Made by a program: the position numbers and the translations under genes. Shown piece after piece: positions 51,620-64,000 of a stretch of 64,000 nucleotides of DNA; positions within the stretch are counted from its first letter, which is position 1, and each line of letters begins with the position of its first letter. The notes under the pieces were generated by a model. That model did no database searches, was not told the DNA's origin, and saw nothing but the letters and a program-made list of their open reading frames with translations. The stretch comes from Chiloscyllium plagiosum (taxonomy: Eukaryota): NCBI RefSeq assembly GCF_004010195.1, contig NC_057719.1, positions 53,563,282 to 53,627,281 of the forward strand. Reading direction: 5' to 3'.

Positions 51620-52471
51620 ATGTTTTCCATACTTGTGACTTTGGTGATTTTGGGGAATGTGGCCTTGGGAACAGAGGGATTTCAAACTGACACGCCTACG
51701 CATAGTACCTTTTTGCACCTGGCCTACCAGACAGCCCGTGTGACGGGGAGAGACACTTGCTGCTGGGTATGTGCCCACATGCCACCCCATTTGGGGTGGT
51801 GGATGCACAGTTTCCACCTTAACAGCTTACAATGGCACATATTTTATTTGAAGGTCAAAAGCCCACACCTGGCCTTTCTCTGATTGGAGCGGGTTGTGTT
51901 ACCTGGAGTATGCTGTATCCCTCATTTGCACTTTGGACAACTTGCCCTCACCCCCGAGACCCAGAAGGTCCCTCATCGGGTTCCTCACCTGGGCGGGGAT
52001 GTTCTCTCCTCCAACAGGAATATATTTCCATGCCCAAGAACTTAGCCAGCTCAGGACCATATGGGAAAGGATCACCAATGATATGGCTAGTGCCCTCACT
52101 GAAATTAATGCAGAGCTACTTGCAGTTAGGACTGTGGGGCCCTACAGAATCGTTTGGCCCTGGACTTCCTGCTAGCCAAGGAGAGTGGTAGCTGTGCTGT
52201 TGTTGGGGAGTAGTGCTGTACCAACATTCCTGATGAGTCCACTATTATCACCAACCTCTCAAAACACATCAAACACGAAATCCAAACTCTCCAAACTATT
52301 GACAATGGTTTTAGCAATGGCACAGAGGGATGGTCACTAAGGGGCATTCTTGGAGAACTGGGAGGCCTGCTGCTACATACCAGACTTACCATACTAATTA
52401 TAATCACCTGCATTGTAGTGCTCCGGTGCTTATGGCCATTGTTGTCCGCGTGTTTACGTTGTAGCCTCTGA
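51620..52471 (+). pseudogene. env: Retroviral envelope (gamma-type), disrupted and internally shortened
   Basis: Signal-like MFSILVTLVILGNVALG, CWVC at 51761-51772, furin site RPRR at 51957-51968, fusion peptide, ISD LQNRLALDFLLA from 52142, CAVVGE*CC (CX6CC) and a hydrophobic TM anchor. Confidence 0.9.
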
Positions 52472-52510
52472 GGGAACCTGGTTGATGATCGAACGATCAA
52501 TAGGAGGGAA

Positions 52511-53214
52511 TGAGGAAGATAGAAAGCCATCAAAGAATAAGTTCCATTTTTACTTCTCTGTCATGACATATTGGGAACTCAAGGGTTAAACATTCCACAG
52601 CTAAAAGGATTCACTGCAATATTGATTGCATGCCTGTCCTCTTACAGAATGAGACGGGACATCACAGCAGGAGGGCTGGCTGAGTCACAGAGAACAGAAT
52701 CCTCTGGAGCCAAACATGTGAATTTCACTTGCAGCCTCAGGCAAAGGTGTTTGTCCTCCCTGGACAAACCTATAGCCTTGGCCATAACCTTATTAACTGC
52801 TTCCTCTTCCCATTATCATGCTTCCCCTGCCTATTAACATGGGCATGTGAATCCAACAATGAGAACAAAGCAAAGTCCTTCTGTCTAAATCCTTATCCAT
52901 CAACACATGGTTATGAAGGATATGATAACCAGTCCCTGTAAACCATTCGCTAGTTATCACAGGAAATCGGCAATCGCCAGGCATTGTAAAATTGTAATTA
53001 TCTGTCTTAAACAATGTAATGGCAGTCAACCATGTGACATGTTGACCTCTGTATCATTCCTATAAAAAATCCTGCTTTCATGTATAGAGCAGAGGTTCAT
53101 AGAGAAGTGCCACCACATGTAGGCTACACAACTCCTTTAGTGTCACTGAGAATCTCTCGCTGGCTGTCTGATAATAAAGCCTCTACTGTTGCTTTATATC
53201 TGTGCTAAACAACA
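52511..53214 (+). repeat. ERV 3' LTR preceded by a polypurine tract
   Basis: aggagggaa|tgagg start, tataaaaa at about 53061, aataaa at 53173, and a candidate end ...aacaaca. Confidence 0.65.
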
Positions 53215-55545
53215 TGGCAAGACAGCGTAACATGAGCCAGGTATCAGTGGCTGAGGGGGCATGTGCAACAGGGTAAAGCAAGGATGCCCTGAACATCAGA
53301 GTTTGTGAGTGCTATGAGAGCCCTGAGATATAGCCTGGTCCAATCAATGAGCTGGGCGTGTAACACTGAGTGCACAGGGGTTCACTGCAGCATGACAATG
53401 ATAGTCACTGGTACAGCCCAAAGTGCAGCACTGAAGTTCAGAAACATACTATAATTGGATTGGAGATGTGCCATGAGGGATCTAAGAGATTGCCACATGT
53501 TGGATGCCAATGTCTGTGGAGGCAGGAGTGCATGTCCTAAGATCTTGATGCCCAGTTTCCAACATAGAGGTTGTTCAGAGCAAGCATTGAGTTGAATCCA
53601 TCAGGAGCTTACTCTGATTTCCTCATTGAGTTTTCTCAATACCTGGTTTGTTTGGCAAGACAGTAACTGAATATTAAGGGACTATTTATGGCATTATCAA
53701 GGAATTTAACAATTGTCCTCTCAGTACTGCTGACAAAACCCCAATCTCCTGACATTGCTTATGACAAGCATAATTGATACAGTGAGATGATCTCAACATC
53801 AAGACGAGCCTCATCAAACTTGTCGCCCAATTCTGCCACCAATTGTAACAAAGCTAACATTGCTCAGACCCCATGGTTCATGTTCATGACTGATTTCCTG
53901 AAAGGAGACTATTTAGAACAAGCACTTATCAATATCAAGTCATGGGATACAAAAAGATTGTTGTTAAGATACTGAAAATGTGATGAATGGGTTACAGAAA
54001 CACAAAATCACAGTAAATGTGAGATGGTGTTCTCAGGGTGAACTAATATATAATAAATCTGGGTATTTCAAATGATACAAAATTTGCATCCTGAATTTTG
54101 GCTTCATAGCCCATAGCATTAGGTATTAATCAACTGTATACATTAGTGCATACATTAAAGGTGACAAGTTTGGAAAAACAGATTTCAATAGTTACCCAAG
54201 AGCAAATCAATGTCATGGAAAAAGTTTTAAATTGACAAGTGCAACTAAAATGATCATTTTTGATCATTCTTTCAAGAAGAAAATAACAGCTTACTGTGAA
54301 AAGCACACTCCAACATAAATCATTCAGGAAATGAACATTTTTTCCCTGATAACAGCACCAATAACTAAGATGGATTTATGGGCCATCAGGAAATAGTAAA
54401 AAGAATGAAGTTGTCTATACTTTGTGGCTCTTATGGAGGAGATGAGTAGATGTAATAGATTATACGACAATGGGACAGAAATGTGTCAGCATCTAATTTG
54501 AAGTATGTAAGTCTAATACACACCTGAACTGAGATAATGTTGGGCATCATGAATATTCATTGAGTTATTGTTTGTCACACCTCCACAGACACTCACCCAG
54601 CTGAAGATAAGAGCTCTGCGTTTCATGCTTCTTTAACAGATAAATCTCAGAAGATTACCAGAAATAAATTAGGAGAGTGAGATGATCAGGAGAATGCAGA
54701 GTCAGAGAACACTTTTGATCCCATACAAATACTTTTATGAGTTTTAACATGGACTGAACTTTACATAGTGGGCACTCAGAATCAATTTTGCTGGGAGAGC
54801 CTAAAACAGGTCTTTGGCCCCTTGTTAATGAATCTAGTGGGCCTGAGGTCTATTTTCAGTGGCTACAGAGATGCATCAAAAATGGCCAGAATTAATAGTG
54901 GATCAGATAAACTTTAGAAATTCCATGGGTGTGAGAGCTAGGTCAAGAAAATTGCCCTTGTTACTTCAATTTTATATGAAGAAGTGGTCATGGACAGCTT
55001 TACTTTTCCAGTCTCTCTTTCAAGTTGAAGACTTTAAACAAGGTAGTTTCACAAAGTTGCTCCTGGAATGCAGTTGAAACCCTGCATACAAATGTTGGTC
55101 GCGTGGGAATAGAGGAGATTCTCAATATGCAATGAAGAATCACAGCAATTTTTGATTGGTGTGAGCTAGCAAAACTAATGAGCTCAGAGTACTTTTGGAC
55201 AGAATTGAAAAATCAATTTGCAGTACAAGAAAACTGTAAAACTTTAATGAACCAAGGGTAATGTTACAGGTCTAGAAAAAGCAGTCCAGTAACCTGTGAA
55301 AGGCAAACCAAGAGCAAATAATGACCTTAGAGATGAAACTGAGCTTGCTTCTACAGATCATATGTAGGAATGTGAGAATAAAAATGAAAGGCAGATAGAT
55401 GAATAAGAAATGAATTTACTACAGATTATCTGAAAGAGGCTTTCAAATTGATGAAAAAAGGCAAAGATTCCCACAATAAAGTTTGATCCATTACTATATG
55501 ACAAAATGAAAATACACTTGCAGGCGTTCACAGGAAGGATTCAAC

Positions 55546-55965
55546 TGTGGTTCCTTTGGTAACACTCTTGCTGCTAAGTCATAAGATTCTAGGTTCAAGA
55601 TCTACTCCAGGTCTGGAGCTGCCACTCCAATGCAGTCGTGAGTAGAGTGCTACATTGTTGGCCTTGCTGCCTTTTCAGATGAAGCATTAAAATGAGATAG
55701 TGTCCGTGTTTTTGGAGCACTTATAAAAACCTGTGGGACTACTTTGAAGAAGAAATGTTTAGCATGGTATCTTACACAATACTTATCCATTAATTCAGAT
55801 CATTAAAATAGATCACAAGGCCATTGTCAGACTGCTGTTTGTGGAACCTTACTGGGCACAGATAGGTGGCTGCATTTCCCATTTAAACAATGACTATATC
55901 TCATTAGCTGTAAAGTGCTTTGGTATGGTCAATGGTTGTGAATAATGAACATTAATTGCAAACCT
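55546..55965 (+). mobile_element. Deu-domain SINE (SacSINE1-like)
   Basis: tRNA-like head with ggttcaaga. Deu-like core gtgctacattgttgg...tttcagatgaagcattaaa...tgaagaaga...tgctgtttgtgg. L2-like tail gctgtaaagtgctttgg. Confidence 0.7.
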
Positions 55966-56059
55966 GTTTTGACTATTAAAGGAAAGTGGCCCTGATCACT
56001 TTTGTTCAGGCTGAACTGGCCAATTTGACCTTGGACTCAACTTCAATTCCCATCGTTTA

Positions 56060-56445
56060 CAAAAAGTGCCATCATTCATGTCTGTAAAAAAAAAACCCTC
56101 TTTCAGTGTAACATTACCCCTGCCAATGATAAATCCTTTTGACACTCCTGACAAAATCTGTATCCACTGATTTGTGATATCTAGACTTGGTTTCTCTAAG
56201 ATCCACCCAGCTAGATGTCCATCTTCTACCCCATCAAAAACTTCAAACTTTCTCAGAACAAAATCCTTTCTTGCCTGGCACTATATGTCCTGTTTTACCC
56301 ATCACTCCTTTTCTTGCTGTGTCTACATTGGTGCTTCATCACACAAATGCACTCAATTAAAAACCTGTCTCATTTTATCTTCAAGTTCCTCTTTGTCTCA
56401 CCCAAGTCCACCTCTGCTACCAAATCTATGCTTTTCCCTTGCATT
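56060..56445 (+). mobile_element. L2 relic
   Basis: tctagacttggtttctcta...tgtcctgttttacccatcactcc...ctacattgg resembles the L2 ORF2 C-terminus (SRLDY...PIT...LHW). Confidence 0.5.
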
Positions 56446-57082
56446 CCACACCTGTAAGTCCCAGTTGGTGTGAGTGAAATTCAGGTTGCAATTAACCGAG
56501 AGGAGCAACAAAAAAGCATGACTTGGGTGCAGGGGCAACACTTGTTACCCAAACTGATTCAAAAGGAATTTGAGAAAACAGGGAACATTGTTGGTAACTT
56601 ATATGCAAACACTTGTAAATAAATGTAATTGGCAAGCAGGGTTTACAGATGTAAATTTTAACTTTGAAGCCATTCATAGCAAGTGAGGTCAACACCATCT
56701 AGCAAACTGGCTCCTAATCTTGCCATTGTATTTGAAACTGACTTCCAGGTTACTCTGACCTCGAGAGAGGTAAAGAGTAAAGAAAGAACTATGGATTTGG
56801 ATCTAAATCACACCTTTCATGATCACAGGCTATTAACTGGCACTTTATAGCTAATTAAATACATTTTAGGTCATTATTTTTGGAATGCAGGAAAAGCAGC
56901 AGCAAATTTGCACAGACATTGCACTGACAGATAAATATTGACCTGGACATTGAGGTTAATTTCAACAAAATATGCCATGGAATCTCGATTACAATCCATT
57001 CCAGTTCCTCTCAGCTTCCCTTCGGTGAGGATTGAACTTCAAGGATGTTAGAGGTTTGTGGACATTGACAAAACCTGCAGAG

Positions 57083-58620
57083 ATGGAAGATCAAGTGGGA
57101 AGGTGAGATCCCGTTTCAGCGAGATGGCCTTGGAGATGGTACAGTGGAGTGAACGGAGAAAGAGGATAAATTGCTCTCTCACCAAAGTGAGTGTGATTCC
57201 TGCCGCTGAAAACAGGCAGGTGTGGCTGGAAATTTCAGAGGAGCTACAGCTAGAGTGTGAGGCTTCAATCATGTCTGTACAATCACAATCTATCCTTGAC
57301 AAAGCATCCCAAGAGAGTTCTTATCCCAGGAATAAATATCAAATTGTAACGAATGTACTATGACCTCAATGGACTGAATCGCCTTGATAAATGTTATACT
57401 GAACTTGTGACATTCATGTGCAACTACCCACTCTCTACCACACCCCCCACCACCCCATCACACTGCCATCCCTTGCTTCCATCTGCATCCCACAAACCAG
57501 GAGGCTTTACAGGGGTACCATCTTACTGGGTCAGGATACAATTTTGCACCCCACATCCTATCTGCTACCACTAGACACTGACCTTCAGCTTATTGCACTG
57601 TTGCATTTATGCCTTACAATGGTCCTCCACGAACGTTGGTCTCTCCATGATAAGCAAATTAATAATCTGAATTACATTGCATGTTGATTTAATGTTAGCA
57701 GGAAAAAAAATGACAATTTCTGCAATGTTTAGTTATAATCCTATCAGCTTGCCGGTTCTAAGTTATGTTTCTGATCTCACACAGGTCTTGCAAGCATCAC
57801 TCATGAGATGGTGTTGGAGAAGGATGAAAGTTTCTCAGAGAATCCAGATGCATCATGACAGATTTATTCATACCAGCTTCGACTAACTGGCCACCAAGAT
57901 GGGGAGTTGTTACATGGTGAACTAATGTCACAGGTGAGGAGGAGCAAGTGCTAAAAACAGGGACAACAACGGAATGTCCCTGTCAGAGGTAACACTCCAA
58001 GCTTTAAAACTGTATGCAGATGCTGAGCCCTGGTGAACATTAGCAAAGAGGAATATTCTGGAGTAGAACATGTGTGAAAATTTGTCAATCATTCCCAAGG
58101 GACTGTGTTTAGCAAAGATGGTTGCGTGCATCTGGCTGTTGTCTCAAGTCTCTACATTGACGTCTACATCCATGGAAACATTGGCCACTGCGTGAAAAAT
58201 GAATACATGCTGACCTTTGCCGATGGCCTGTAGGCTGAGCATATCAGCTGACTGAGAATGGAGAGAAGGCTTGACTCAGTTGACCATTGTCAGTGAAGCA
58301 AATTCTCTTAGCTTCCAGAGAATTTCTAGTGGGTCAGGAGAAGCAAGATGAAGAAAGAGTGAAGGAATTGGGGCCTCTGGCGAGGTGGCTCCAATTCTAA
58401 CTCCTTCCCCATTCCCCCCACCTCCCACACCTACCCTCTACCCCAACTCACATCTCGACCCGAACACTGCCTCCTATGGTGAGTACAGAGTCTGTCACTG
58501 TGAAGGCAGATGTAGGATAATATTTGCAGGGGCCTGTGCCTAATGTTTCAAACCCAGGAGACATGGCCAAGATTGTCTCAATAGCCAAGTAAAGGATACA
58601 AGCCCTAACAACTTGCTGAA
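57083..58620 (+). pseudogene. Harbinger Myb/SANT-like DNA-binding protein relic
   Basis: RSRFSEMALEMVQWSERRK...RQVWLEISEEL corresponds to the RFSxxxLExL...W Myb-like start. The 3' extent is inferred. Confidence 0.6.
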
Positions 58621-58989
58621 GCTACAGCACTGATGCAAATTGGAGTATAGAAAAGGAAAGGTTTTAATTGCACAAAGGATATTTACATGTGTGTTTAACA
58701 CAATGTTTTATGGTCGCAGTTTTGTTTCGTGTTTATGCAGAGTAAAATTGATTGATTTCACTGCTGCATAGTCCTATTGAGCTCATTTTTGTCTGCTTTT
58801 CGAAGGATGGAATAATAAGCGTTGAATATGAGCAATGGGTGACCGTGAGAATGATAGATTACTGATTACAGGATTACCTTGTAATAGTATCTGGAAATAA
58901 GCACACTGGATTCAGAATTTGTGTGTCAGATGAACTTAATTGCCTCAACAGAAATGAAGTGTGTTTGAATCAGGCCAACATGAACATGC

Positions 58990-60210
58990 AGATAGCTGTA
59001 TACATGGCTAAACATGCGTTGGTTACATACACTTCACCAGCTGCTCCTGTCACTCCTGTTATTTCTTTGCCTCCTCCACCTCCATTGATCAAGTTCATCA
59101 TCTTCCACTTCGAGTGACCCCAGTTGTACAGGTTGTGCAATGTTGTATAAGACACTGTATAATGTGTCATTATGATTGGAAATCCTACTACTGAAGGGCA
59201 ATCCAAGACGTACTGAAAACAAAACAAAAATGGTGGAAATCCCAGTGGGTCAGGCAGTATCCATGAAGAGAGAGCAAGCTAACATTTCAAGTCTAGGTGA
59301 CTCTTCATCAGAGTTGATGTGAAGTGTCATCCGAAAGAGTTATCCATACTCAAACGCTAGCTTACTCTCTTTTCATGGATACTGCCTGACCTGCTGTGAT
59401 TTCCACCATTTTTAGTTTTCATTTTAGATTCAAGCATCTGCAGTAATTTGCTGCAGCACTTCAAGATGTGCCTGGATATCTGAATCATACCTTCACCTTT
59501 CTAATTGCTTGTTCACATATGATTCTTGCATCTCAGTAACTTAACGTAACTTTTCTAGGTATCAAGCTTAGCTCCCCTAACAGGTATTAGATGTCAAATC
59601 TTTAGACGGTAGCCCTTGCCTCCAAAGTGTCACTTGTTGAGTCTGCTTCCAGATGCAAATATCTGGGAGACCTTGCCTTGTCCAGGATAAAGACATCATT
59701 ATGGTTCCCTGGAAGCTTTGAGGCACATGTGATCTTTGAAATTCCTTTCAGTTGACGACTGTTCCTGGATGATCGGGGGATACTGTGACTATCATGCTTA
59801 CAGCCTATATCTCCTTGCAATCCAGCCAGAGCAGTAAATCCAATTGCCTGCTCAAGCAGACAGAATTCATTAATAACGAAGTGTATATAAATGCTGATCC
59901 TGATTGACACAGCATCCATTACTTGGGAGATACACTTGTGGCAGTAAATCAGATGTAAATCTATGGTAGGAGCTCAAGCTAAAGGTATTAGGAACTGTAA
60001 TGACATTGATGGCCACTCTCAATGCATAACCATCATATTTTCTTCCAAGATAGCACACATCACCCGAGCTACCACCTGAAGGGCCTGTTGGGGTTTCAAC
60101 CTTCTGAAAGCTGCTACTATAAATTTAACCACTCTTTAATAACTTGTATTAGATGGTCACTTGCGTCTGCAGCTTGCTCACCTGGGTATAGCTGCATCAA
60201 TCCCATCAAT
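58990..60210 (-). pseudogene. PIF/Harbinger DDE transposase (HARBI1-like) relic
   Basis: GYALRVAINVIT, AIGFTALAGLQGDIGCKH (GxIDCTH), KLPGNHNDVFIL (PGSxHDAFIL), EQAIRKVKV*FRY (EQAIGLLKMRFRC) and TLHNL. Confidence 0.75.
59217..59452. mobile_element. Penelope-derived fold-back inserted in the Harbinger transposase
   Basis: Inverted arms aaatggtggaaatc...ggtcaggcagtatccatgaa and ttcatggatactgcctgacc...gatttccaccattt. Confidence 0.75.
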
Positions 60211-60769
60211 ATTCCCTCACTTTGCTTTTCCTTGCAAATTCCAGAAAGACAATGGAATTCATATAGGCATGGTTAAATTCATAATCCAGGGTTAAAGGAA
60301 TGCTAATAAGCAGGTTACTTATCAAAATAGCAAAACTGCCTGTCCCACTAGCTTCACAACACACCAACAATTTCAGCTGTTTTAACTAGCTACCCACTCA
60401 AAAACCATTAGATTAAATTTTTCTGTGTAATGTCCTTTCTCTTTAACTGAAGGTTATTATCCATAACAATATGAAAGATAAAAGGCAGAGTTATAATTTC
60501 ACAAGCAAAATCTTCACATTAAAATTGTTGTACTATGAAAAAGGGCAAAGTCAAATAATTTTAGCATGCTTTATTTGCACCTGTACATGTTTTACACTAA
60601 CAATCCCAATATAAACTTCTAAAAATTTAAAGTGTTTTTTTAAATTTGGAACAGCAAAAGTTATCCTGTCAACTTGCTCAGTCTTGTGGAGGACATTCCT
60701 CCTTCCAGGTTTCTACAATGAAGGTGAGAGTCGAGAAATGTTTTGGATATTGCATTTTATCATTCAATA

Positions 60770-61790
60770 GCAATTGTATTTATATAGCATCCTGAGGCAT
60801 TGTATTTCAATAGCAATTAAGACATTGCTTAACTGGTTGCGGACATAAGACAGCAATCACAGGGATAACCTGATGTAAACTAGGGCATAGGAAAAATAAT
60901 TGTCAATATCTTGTCATGTTTACAGGCCAGCCACAAATAGATGAGAATGGTCAAGCCTGGATATAACAAAGGCATGGCTGAAGGATTCAGCAGCAAATAT
61001 ACTGAGACAGGAGCCAAATGAGACAATATTGCAAAAGTGAAAATATACAGTCTTGGTGAGGTTATCTAATTGAAAGCTAATTTTATGGTCAGATGTGATT
61101 CAGAGTTGCAAACAGTCTGGTTCAGCATCAGACTACTGTCAAAGAGATGAGTGGAGTTGGTGGCTGTGCAGCTCTGGTTTATGATGGGGGACCAAGTAGA
61201 ATGGATTTGGTACTCACAGTATTTAACTGATGAAATGTCTGCTTATATATGATTGCATGAATGCACTCTGAAAATTTGATGGCAAGATAGAACTTGACAG
61301 TGTCAGTGGAAGTGTGAAAACTGACATTGTATTGCCATGCAGTGTTGCTGAGAATCAACAAGAGAAATAAAAGGGGCCTAAGGATTCTTTTGGAACACCA
61401 AAGGTAATTGTATGAAAGCAGGAAGGAAGCCATTGATGACGATCCTCTGGCTTTGATTGGATAGATAAAAATGGAACAGCAGTCCCACCAGCTAGAAACT
61501 GTGGTGAGATGTTGAAGAGAATGGGGTGATCAAATTTATCAATTAAGATGGATAAGGAGACAAAAAATTACTATAAGCTGGTGTCTGTGACTTTGATAAA
61601 TGTTGTTTCAATACTATAGCAGGGACACAAATCTGAATTTTGAAGATGACGATTAAATCAGTGATATTGAAGGGGAAAGAGGGGTTTCAGATGAGGTGAT
61701 AGCTTATGGGGAAAGATGAATCAAAGGTTAGTGTTTTGAGGAGAGTGGGAATGGTGACAGTACTAAAACAGAGAAGAACAGAAATGTTTC
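60770..61790 (-). mobile_element. L2 relic
   Basis: Antisense L2 features: ttgtatttatatagca tail and minus peptide LRPLLFLL...YNVSFHTSTDTVKFY. Confidence 0.6.
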
Positions 61791-62909
61791 CTTTCACATT
61801 ATCAAACAAGGCACTAGCATGCTTTTCTGGTCTACTCAACAAATTTCATCATTTTTAACACTTTCAGCAGGACAACGAGCCACTCACACCTATGGCCTAT
61901 AGATTAAGAGAATGGAAGTTAGAAAAACCATCAAAACTCTTAGGAAAGTGTATTAACATTTGGTAGACTGCTCTGTCTCAGAACCAATTTCAGTAAAACA
62001 CCATTGGAGACATTTTGGTATGATATTCTGATTAATGCAGCACTGCTCTTTCTGCTGCACTGTTGGACCTGTTTCGTACAACCTAGCTACAGAGAGCTGG
62101 ATTTTCAGCAGTAACATGGATTGGAACAAAGTATCAAGCCAGGGTGACCATTAACCAGGTTGAATTTGTGTTTGTCAGAGATAATTCTGTGCATTGACAG
62201 TTGTTACTGACCATAATTAAACATTTACACATTAAGTAAGTAAAACAAGAATAAACACTATAATTATTTGTGTTATTTCTAGGGAATGTGTGGATTTTTA
62301 TTGCTTAGTTTGGAAGGCTTCTAGAGCACAAACGTTCAGAAACCCCATTCCAGCTTGCCTTGCCTTTTAGGCACATCCCTTTACTATCTCATCATTGCTT
62401 TGTTTTTCTTCCTTTATGTATTTTCCTTCTTTGATAGATTTGTTCTTCCTTTACTCTCCATTGCTTACCTATTTAAGGCAGCAAGTTTCTGTTGTTGATG
62501 GTACAGTGCCATTTTATGGCAGTAGCATTGTACCTTACAGAAGCCAGGAGATGCTTTGCATTTGGAAATAGGCGATAAGTTAGAGCGCTCTTTATATTTC
62601 TCTTGTAATGTTGCACTAAGCAAAAAGTGAGGTAACGCTGTAAAATATCGTAAGTTTATATACAACAATACCAAGCATTTTACTCACTACTCCAAGAAAT
62701 TTGCAAATTACTTTTCATTATCTGTTTCTACAATCAGCTTACAAATAATACTATATTCATCTTTTCATAACTTTGCTCCATGTTATGATTGACAGGTGAT
62801 GGCTCTCTGTTTCATACTGAATTAATAACAACATTAACTTACATTGTTATTGTGTTCTTCACTGAAAAGAATACCCCAAGATGTTTCTTAGAAATGTTAC
62901 AAATTGAGC

Positions 62910-63215
62910 CTTCATTAACAGCACCTTCCAAATCTCCAGCTCCACGACATGAAGTCATAAGGCTAGGAGATGCATGGAAGCACTACAGAAGACAACAAGT
63001 TCCTTTGAAAGTCATTCACCATCCCACATGGAATTGTGTTACCATTCCCCCACCATTTCTGGATCTAAATCCTGGAACTCCTTTCCTAGTACTATTGTGG
63101 ATGCATCCACACGTGCAGCGATACAATATGGTGGCTCCCCACCACCTTCTCAATGACAATTCAAGATTGGCTGCAAATGCTGGGCTTACCATCAATGCTA
63201 GCATCCCAGAAAAAT
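62910..63215 (+). mobile_element. CR1-group LINE 3' end
   Basis: Homologous to 29080-29290 (aaatcctggaactcc, caccaccttctcaa). Confidence 0.7.
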
Positions 63216-63327
63216 TAAATCCCATGACCCAAAGGCACATAAGGATTGCTGCATTTCTTAATTTTTTCCCATCCTGTTGATGCCCAACATTCCTTGTCAG
63301 ATCTTTTGAGTCATGTTTCTGCAGAAC

Positions 63328-63812
63328 AGCAGAGTCAGAGAGCTGTAGAGCATGGAAACAGACCCTTTGGTCCAACTTGTCCATGCCGACCAGATTAAAT
63401 TAATCTAGTCCCATTTGCCCATCAGCACTTGGCCCATATCCATCTCAACCCTTCCTATTCATATACACATCCAAATGCCTTTTAAATGTTGTAATTGTAC
63501 CAGCCTCCACCACTTCCTCTGCCAGCTCATTTTGTACATGCACCACTCTCTGCATGAAATAGTTGCCCCTTAGGTCCCTTTTAAATCTCGCCTCAAGCCC
63601 TCTAGTTTTGGACTCCCCCACCCCAGGGAAAGGATCTTGGTTAGTCACCCTATCCATGCCCTTCATGATTTAATAAGATTCTGTAAATTCACCCCTCAGC
63701 CTCTGATGTTCCAGGGAAAACAACCCCAGCCTATTCAGCCTCTCCCTATTGGTCAAACCCTCCAACCCAGTCAATGTCCTTATAAATCTTTTCTGAACCC
63801 TTTCAAGTTTCA
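63328..63812 (-). mobile_element. CR1 3' end
   Basis: MKGMDRV...FPGVGESKTRG...FKRDLRGNYFMQRVVHVQNEL...FKRHLD. Confidence 0.9.
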
Positions 63813-63816
63813 TGAC

Positions 63817-64000
63817 GGGTGGCACGGTGGCACAGTGGTTAGCACTGCTGCCTCACAACGCCAGAGACCCGGGTTTAATTCCCGCCTCAGGCGACTGACT
63901 GTGTGGAGTTTGCACATTCTCCCCGTGTCTGTGTGGGTTTCCTCCGGGTGATCCGGTTTCCTCCCACAGTCCAAAGATGTGCAGGTCAGGTGAATTGGCC
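63817..64000 (+). mobile_element. HE1/V-SINE family SINE (runs off the window)
   Basis: gggtggcacggtggcacagtggttagcactgctgcctcac...tgtggagtttgcacattctcccc. Confidence 0.92.

Larger units (their letters stand above)
49595..53214 (+). mobile_element. Endogenous retrovirus, 3' half (class I, gamma/epsilon-like)
   Basis: RNase H end, integrase, env, PPT and LTR appear in canonical order (see sub-features). Confidence 0.9.

Noticed and set aside
53215..53235. tggcaag... after the LTR as a primer-binding site of a tandem provirus
   Set aside because: Only TGG matches. No gag-like sequence follows, and the LTR is preceded by env and a PPT, so it is a 3' LTR.
62500..62534. Small hairpin ggtacagtgc...gcattgtacc
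   Set aside because: Too short for a miRNA precursor and expected by chance in 64 kb.

Overview
Repeat-dominated vertebrate genomic DNA, most likely from a shark (inferred from HE1/V-SINE, Deu-domain SINE and CR1 repeats I recognise as typical of elasmobranchs). It contains three assembly gaps (500 N, 49 N, 500 N). I found no intact host exon, RNA gene or CRISPR array, so the window reads as intergenic or intronic. Nearly all ORFs in the track are decayed transposon fragments, their antisense shadows, or gap artefacts. The recognisable content is: many CR1, L2, RTE, L1 and Tx1 LINE relics; tRNA-derived SINEs; Ty3/Gypsy pol relics and solo LTRs; a two-gene PIF/Harbinger relic plus a second Myb-like remnant; a Penelope-like element (RT + GIY-YIG); and the 3' half of a class I endogenous retrovirus (RNase H, integrase, env, PPT, LTR). 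The most notable patterns are (i) that env-bearing ERV and (ii) a set of small fold-back insertions built from inverted Penelope pseudo-LTRs, which carry minimal hammerhead ribozyme cores and are often flanked by 12-42 bp direct duplications. Most boundaries are approximate. Family assignments come from motif recognition by eye, not database searches. I cannot claim that any system here is undescribed.
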